A stretch of 64,000 nucleotides of DNA from Octopus vulgaris. Lineage: Eukaryota. The stretch spans positions 88,164,001-88,228,000 of the forward strand of contig OX597818.1 of the NCBI GenBank assembly GCA_951406725.2, written 5' to 3'. Both the position numbers and the translations under genes were made by a program. The notes beneath the pieces were generated by a model. It ran no database searches. It had not been told where the DNA came from and saw only the letters and a program-made list of their open reading frames with translations. Positions 54,379 through 64,000 of the stretch are shown piece after piece; within the stretch, counting starts at the first letter, position 1, and every line of letters begins with the position of its first letter.

Positions 54379-54959
54379 AATATATATGTACTATGTTATA
54401 TGTATGTATACTCCGCGCTGTTTATGTATAGCGTCCTCCGTACAGGTGAGTGAATTATTTGATTAAACAGGTAAAAAAAGGTAAACAGGTAGAAAGTCAC
54501 TTGTGGAATTATTCCGGTTAACGCTGTAAAGGTCCCACGGTGAAAGTAGAAAGAGGGGGGGGAATAAAATGAAACGAAAGGAGAAGAAGCGAAGTATATG
54601 GAATCAGTCGAATGGTTTTTAGACCAGCGTGTGTTTTAGAAGAGACAACTTTCCATAACCAGCCTGGTTGGTGGGTTAATGGTTTTTCACACCAACTGGT
54701 TGTTGTGCATTATTGAGATCCGTTTTAGACTGACGAGGAATGCTAAAGAAATTCTTTCGTGAAGAAGAAGAAGATAAAGAAACAGAAGAAAAAGAAGAGG
54801 CAGAGGTGTAGGGAGGAAAGGGAAAGAAGAGATAGAGATAGAGGGAGAGTGGGAGAGTGACACAGAAAGAGTGAGGGAGGGATAGAAAGAAAGAAAGGGG
54901 AGGAGGGGGAGAAAAAAGTCACAGCCAATCAAACATGTGTTGTTGTTTGTATATACGGC

Positions 54960-57480
<2,521 letters not shown>

Positions 57481-57809
57481 CATTCCAATTACTGCAGTGT
57501 GAAAAAGAGAGGTGCGGAGGGGGAGGGAAGCACCTGTGACGTTGAAGATGAAGAAGGAAGGGAGTGGTGGTGGTGAGGTGGAGTGTGAGTGATCAGAGCA
57601 AAAGGGGGCAAGGGAAGGTTATATTTAAAAAGATAGAGAGAGGAGGGGAAAGGAAAAAGGTATGGGAGATACGTTTGTGCTGGAGTGGGGAGATAGAGTC
57701 GGTGCTGCTGCTGCTGCTGATGATGATGATGGTAGTCGTGGTCGTCGTGAGGTGTGCTTTTGAATGTTAGCAGATATAGACTGATACATACTAGCACGCT
57801 TTATCTATC

Positions 57810-57869
<60 letters not shown>

Positions 57870-57996
57870 GTCAGTCTGTCTGTCTGCCTGTCTGTCTGTC
57901 TGCCTGCCTGTCTGTCTGTCTGTCCATCCGTCTATATATCTTTTTATGTATTTATCTATCTGTCAATCTATCTATTTAATCTGTATGTATGTATGC

Positions 57997-58031
<35 letters not shown>

Positions 58032-58034
<3 letters not shown>

Positions 58035-58226
58035 AAATGTAATATGTGACAATTATTCGGTAGCCATGATAAAACTCCGAGTTTCGGATGCCGAGGTGGA
58101 AATCTATGCCGCCATCTCTTCAGTTATCCGGCCATCGGAGAGATGACGGCGTGGATTTCCACATCGGCATCCGAAACTCGGAGTTTTATCATGGCTACCG
58201 AATAATTGTCACATATTACATTTACA
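58032..58226. repeat. Near-perfect inverted repeat (about 88-bp arms), head-to-head pair of a second hammerhead family (H2)
   Basis: 58032-58119 against 58139-58226 pair as reverse complements with few mismatches around a spacer of about 20 nt. Confidence 0.9.
58068..58128 (-). ncRNA. Type I hammerhead motif (H2)
   Basis: Minus strand GATAA-CTGAAGA-GATG...CATC-C-GAAA-CTCGGAG-TT-TTATC. Stem I GAUAA/UUAUC, stem III ACU/AGU, GUU site, one extra C before GAAA. Confidence 0.7.
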
Positions 58227-59214
58227 GATAAATTCCTCTATTTACATAATATCGAGGTCTCTTTCATTCTTTTGTTGTCTTACCATTCTAATCAATTTAT
58301 CAATATATAAATGGCGGTGCCCCAGCATGGCCACAGCTCATTAGCCGAAACTGGAAAAATCAAAATCAATCAAATCATATATATATATAATAACAATTTA
58401 ATAAATAAAACATATGCATACATACATATATGTACATACACACATCTATATGTATATATACATGTATATATGGGTACATGACACCACAAAAAACGTAGAA
58501 CACAACGAGAAACGAAAACATAAAAGCAAAACAAGGAAACGGACTTTGTTTTAACAACGAAAAAACAGAGTTCAAGACACACAACACAAGGGACATTCCC
58601 CTTCTTCAGCTGCCCCTGTTTCGACTTATTACGTGTTTCGAAGGTAATATATATATGGAACAAAAACGCAACAGAGGACAATAAAAACATTCGGACAAAT
58701 AGACGATACAAAGGCGGATAAGAGAAACAGCAATTAGAAGGACAGGCAAAAAAAAATGGGTCATTCTTGGTTTTTATATCTCGGTCAAGTCTTCTTACCT
58801 CAGTCAAGTCACGACCCCGTTTCGGGCAGTTACACTTGAGACGGTTCGATCTAGTTGCCCCCCACCCCAAAAAGTCTGAGTTAACACTATTAGACCCCTT
58901 TGTAAGAAAGCTAGCGAATGTGTACGGCAACAAAGGTAAAAATCGGAGAACCTGGTATACAGTTACGAATGAGAACAAGATAATAACAACATGTGTCTTT
59001 CGACTGAGAACGAATCCAATTGAGCTTGCGTGTATGAAGTGAAAACCTAAAGGCAGGAACGTAGGACATGGATATAAGAGGTGTCAGCGGTCGGTAGTCA
59101 GGCCAAGAAAGAAAGATCATGGCTGGCTGGACACCGGTCACGTTGAAGGAGGAGAGATAGGTAGGGGACGGCGGGATTGAAAGATTAGAAAAGGATCAGA
59201 GAAAAAGAGAAAGA

Positions 59215-60676
59215 TACTGGCACTTTGCCAACACTTTGCCAATGTCCCTCGTAGAGATAGCCTTCTCCGCTACTCTATCCTCTTCCGGGGAACCAAACTA
59301 TTCCACCGCATTCGAATGCTGCTGCTCCTTAAACTGCAGGAGTTCCTCTGTCGTCAGCTCTTCTGTGTGTTCCTCGATGAAATCGTCAACATCAAGGCCC
59401 ATGGGCTCCTCGACTCCAGGTGTCTGAGACTCAAACCCGTCGAGGCCTCTTCCGGATATGCAGTCAGGCCAGAGTTTCCGCCTTGCAGAATTCAGCGTTC
59501 TCCTCGTTGCATCCTGTCAGGGCATATCGATGATTTTCAGGTACTTAACAATATTATAGTACTCCTTCTAAAACTTACGAAGGGTTGAATTTGTATCTTC
59601 GGTAACTTTAAAGCACCGACGAAACAGGTGTTGGCTGTACAATTTCTTAAAATTAGAAATCACCTGTTAGGCTATGGGCTACACGATAAGGGTGGTGATG
59701 CGTGAAAGGTATAAACTCTTATTAATTTAAATTCGTCCAGGATATTATCTTCGAAGTTAGGAGGATGAGCAGGAGCACTTTCGAGGATGGGACGAGGAGG
59801 CCTTGAGAGGAAGATTGTTCTCCTGAAGGTACTTTTTCACTGCTTATCCGAAGATAATGTTGGCCCACTCGGTGAAGAATTGCCTAGTGACCCAGGCTTT
59901 AACATTTGCTCTCTACATGATCTGCAGCTTCTCCTTCAGGATTTTGTGCGACTTGAACGCTCTTGAATTTTCGAAATGGTGGACAAGGAGCCGCTTAATC
60001 TTCAAGTCTCCACTTGTATTGGCACAAAGGGCGAGAGTTAGCCTATCTTTCATAGGCTTGTGGACTGGCATTTTCTTCTCTACAGTTATGTAGCTTCTTC
60101 TGGACATTCCAACCCCCACCCACGCCAAAAAAAAAGCCGGTTTCATCACAACAATAACTGTTGTGCGATGTATCTCTTGGCTGCGATGCGCTGACGAAAT
60201 TCACGCACAAAATCGTCAGCTGCCTTCGAGGCAGAACTCGCTGCTTCTCCATACCTGACGACGCTATGAACACCAGTCCTCTTCTTGTAATTATCGAACC
60301 ATCCGTGACTGGCTTTAAATGCATCTGCTGATGTATCTTCCATCGATGTTCCAAGACGCGTGCTTTCTCATAGATGATGGTCTCCGTAATCGTATCCCCT
60401 TCAAGTTGCTTCTCGTGATCCACAGGAGAAGCAATTTTTCCAACTCTTCGTGAAAAGATGTGCGTTGCTTGGAGAGCCTGGGGAGACCTTTACTGGTGTA
60501 ACGGCCTTGATCTTGTCATTTTACTTCCCGATGGTGCAGATAGTCGATTTGCTTTCGTCGTATTGACGTGCTATGTCCACTACGCGCACTCCTCATGTTT
60601 ATCAATGATTTCTTACCATAATCAGATTTTTCTTCTTCTCAGCACTGTCCTTTACACTAACCTTCTTAGGACCCAT
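59215..60676 (-). pseudogene. Tigger/pogo (TIGD1-like) transposase with frameshifts and stops
   Basis: Fragments in order: MGPKKVS, EKQLEGDTITETIIYEKAR, FKASHGWFDNYKKRTGVHSVVRYGEAAS, CDETGFF, HKPMKDRLTLALCANTSGDLK, ANVKAWVTRQFFTEW, QVISNFKKLY, EEHTEELTTEEL. These correspond to the CENP-B HTH and DDE_1 regions. Confidence 0.92.
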
Positions 60677-60958
60677 GGCTAACACAACTAATTATAATAA
60701 AATAATAGCAAAAACGCACAAAACTGAAAAGAAAACACTGGCAAAACACAACAGGGATGCTGCCACAACGAGATAAACACGCGAACTGCGTTTTTTGAGA
60801 GAGCGTGTGCGAGCTCAGCGTCGATCAGCGGTCACTCGTTTGAAACTCGCTCGTACTGCGGATTTTCACTCGTACTTCAAGGCAAAAATTCGCACAAACC
60901 TTTGCTCGTACAGCAAATTACTCGTACAATGGTGCAATCGTACTGCGAGGTTCTACTG
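59215..60958 (-). mobile_element. Tigger/pogo DNA transposon, 3'-truncated
   Basis: The 5' TIR CAGTAGAACCTCG.. ends at 60958 (minus strand) with subterminal CTCGTAC repeats. The other TIR was not found. Confidence 0.8.
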
Positions 60959-61267
60959 CATATACACACTCTATTATTCTTTTACTTGTGTCAGTAATTT
61001 GACTGCGGCCATGCTGGAGCACCGCTTTAACGGGTTATTTACTCGAAGAAATCGACCCCAGGACTTATTCTTAGTAAGCCTAGTACTAATGCTGTCGGAC
61101 TTTTTTGCTGAACTAATAAGTTACGGTGACGTAAACACACCAACATCGGTTGTCAAGCGATGGTGGGTGAGACAAATACAGGCACAAAGACACACACACG
61201 TAATGTTCGACCGCTGGAATCTACAATTTTTTTTTTCATTCTCTCTGTGTGTTTATTTTCTTTTATT

Positions 61268-61305
61268 TCTTTCTGTTAAAGAGCGTAGGCTCGAAACGTA
61301 AAAGA
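61268..61305 (+). ncRNA. Hammerhead-like motif with altered core (CUGUUAA)
   Basis: TCTTT-CTGTTAA-A-GAGC-gtag-GCTC-GAAA-CG-TA-AAAGA. All helices are present but the core deviates at two positions. Confidence 0.55.
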
Positions 61306-61377
61306 CTTTTTCATTTTTTCCGGGCGTCAAACTCATGCACTTGTTTGTTGTTCACCATTTGTTTCTATAAATTTCAA

Positions 61378-61418
<41 letters not shown>

Positions 61419-61511
61419 ATACAAACAAGAAAGCACAAAAAACACAACAACGCGAGGACGTGGAACAAATATAGTATTATTGGACGCTCAGGAAAGAAGG
61501 AAAGAAGGAGG

Positions 61512-61546
61512 GTTTAACGTTTCGAGCGGAGCTCTTCGTCGGAAAC
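61512..61546 (-). ncRNA. Minimal hammerhead motif with CCGACGA core
   Basis: Minus strand GTTT-CCGACGA-A-GAGC-tcc-GCTC-GAAA-CG-TT-AAAC. Confidence 0.7.
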
Positions 61547-61655
61547 ATAGGAGAAGGAAAGATCCAGAGAAGGGAAGACAGAGAAGGGAAGACAGAGAAA
61601 AAAAATCGCCAACGGTACACACGAGGTCATACACATACATACATACATACATACA

Positions 61656-61689
<34 letters not shown>

Positions 61690-62349
61690 CAACGGACTTC
61701 TTTCAGTTTCCGTCTACCAAATTCACTTACAAGGCCTTGGACGGCTATAGTTGAAGACACTTGCCCACGGTGCCACGTAGAGGGACTGAACCAGGAACCA
61801 TGTGGCTGGAAGCAAACTTCTTACCACACAACCACGCCTGCGCGCACTCATGTATAAAATAATAGCGCTACGCAGTGATCAGTAAATAAAGAGTTTTTGG
61901 TTACTTAAAATATGTCTGTGACATATTCTAACTTCTAAAGGCAAATTCTCTGCAGTAACCGTGGAGAGAAAATTATTGCTAATGGTAAAAGGTGTAAAAA
62001 CACCTTATCTTCTCAGCGTCTCCCCGCCCCCAGCGGACTCCTAGACGCGTTTCTAGCTTCTTAACCTTCCTCAGTAGGAGATACCTAATAGAGATAAACC
62101 TGAGAAGATTATAAAGTTTTAGATTTATCTTAGAACAATCACTATCAGTGACCGAGTTGCGCTGGTATTTTTACACCTTTTACCATAAGCTAGAATTCCT
62201 TCTGCACGGTAACTGCGAGTGTATTTGCCTTTTGAAGTTAAAATATGCCACAAACATATTTTAACTTTCCTGAAGTTTGCTTGTACGTCATCACTACTTA
62301 GCATTGCTATTTCTGTATTTACTTGGATCAAACGGTCCACGAACAGACA

Positions 62350-62426
<77 letters not shown>

Positions 62427-62836
62427 CATGCACACACACACACACATACACACACACACACACATGCACACATACATGCATACATGACGGCTTCCACGCA
62501 GTTTCCATCTGTCAAATTCACTCTCAGTGTATTAATCGGCTCGAGGCTGTAGATAGAGACACTTGTAGACCGGCCCGCTTAGAGTATAAAGGAGAGGTCT
62601 GGGGAATTTGCTTTTAACCAATTGCCTCAAAATATATCTATTTACGCCGATGTTACTTCTTTGATTTGAAAGGAGGAATATCGTAGATCTTTTTCGAATT
62701 CAAAAGGTTTATCGAATCTATTATAAATATAAAAAATATATCGAATCTATAATAAATATAAAAAGCATAAAACACATGCGATAAAATAAATTAATATCCT
62801 CATTATGAAACAAAAGGATTCGTCTAGAAACTTTTT

Positions 62837-63400
62837 TCACTTCAGGTTTTTGGAGAAATGATGTTTCGTTTTTGTTACAGTTATATCAAACTTGGAGCAT
62901 TTTGAAGCCAGAGCAACTTGGATACTGTCTTCAGGCTCCAATAGATTTCTCTGCTTTGTTTTTATGTTTATTAGAGTGGAAAATCTTTGTTCGCAAAGGT
63001 AGGTTGTTACAAAAGCAGCAAGCTATTGACTGTCTCCTCATGTCCAATTTTGAAAGCCTTTGCAGCGCTTTGCTTTTATTTTAAATACAATACGTAATTC
63101 ATGATTGGATCGATGTTCAAGAAGTGTCTCTGTCAACCCTTGATGCTCTTCTGGTACATCAGCAATTTCACATTTAAGGGGATCTACAAACCAACTGTCA
63201 GTGAGTGACTCAAGGTCTCGAAAGTAATAAGAGAAGCGTTTTCTGAGTTTGATAAGGTGCTTCATAACCGTATCCTTTATATCGTCAAAAGAAATATTTT
63301 CACAACCTTTCAAAAGTAAAGCTAACTTTCAAAAGCAGCTATCTTGCTTAGCTTTGCGTTCTGTCTCCAATATAAAAGCTTTCACTTGTCTAATGAGAGC
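62837..63400 (-). pseudogene. hAT (Buster/Charlie-like) transposase C-terminal remnant
   Basis: KHLIKLRKRFSYYF..WFVDP, then after a frameshift TTYLCEQRFSTLINIKTKQRNLLEPED, the hAT dimerisation motif. Confidence 0.85.
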
Positions 63401-64000
63401 TCATTAACCCCAAGAATTTCCTTTTAACCCAACTTGGGGTAATTTACCTCGGCTCGCAGACTCCTGGTATAAAGAGTCAAGAGCCGAAATACTTACATGA
63501 AGAGGGTTTCTTCGCTAAAGACCTTCTGGTGTCCGATTCTTCGAAGGAATTTCTCCTACCTATCGACGTGCTTATCCATTCTCTAACTAAGGGACATTCG
63601 GCTCATGTAGCGTAGTATTAGCACAGTATATGTACGGGTTGTGTGTTTTTACTGACTGGTGTATATTTTATTAATAGTTTTCATATTGTTCTATACTTTG
63701 GTCTACAAACGTCTTGTGGCATTCATTATTAACTAGCATTTGTTTAATTCCATATATATTCATTATTATTTATTTTATACAATCACATGAAACAAAATAT
63801 CCCCCTTAAAATAAGCTCCATCAACGAAAGCAAGCAAACGCGCAACATCATATTCACACACAGGCAGCGTAACGCATTCGCTAGCGACTAACGATGTACT
63901 GACACTGAGCGATGGCAGAAAAATTTCTGTCTTCGTAAAACTAAGCTGAACTTACGGTGCATGTGATTGATAGTTCTATGCGTATTAGATATATTGAACT

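Larger units (their letters stand above)
61205..61630. mobile_element. Two related hammerhead-bearing elements (H3a plus, H3b minus) converging on a (TA)n tract
   Basis: Both share the GAGC/GCTC stem II, GAAACGT and a downstream TTCC(C/T)G(G/A)GCGTC motif. Their 3' ends abut (TA)n at 61381-61414. Confidence 0.65.

Overview
Eukaryotic, AT-rich and repeat-saturated DNA with no convincing intact protein-coding gene. Nearly all ORFs in the track are translations of (TA)n/(TG)n/(TATC)n microsatellites or SINEs. The SINE families and microsatellite density suggest an octopus genome (inference from recalled repeats, not a database hit), probably a large intron or intergenic region. The window holds dozens of tRNA-derived SINE copies in four families, and decayed Tigger/pogo, hAT and Helitron coding remnants. 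It also holds non-autonomous Helitrons, Merlin-like MITEs with TTAGGG cores and a tRNA-Ser(GCU) pseudogene next to a retro-element tail. The most notable signal is a set of minimal type I hammerhead ribozyme motifs from at least three short repeat families. Most sit in inverted pairs, as expected for Penelope-like mobilisation, and one copy carries a tRNA-like Pol III head. All folds were read by eye and none were computed; boundaries of decayed elements are approximate.
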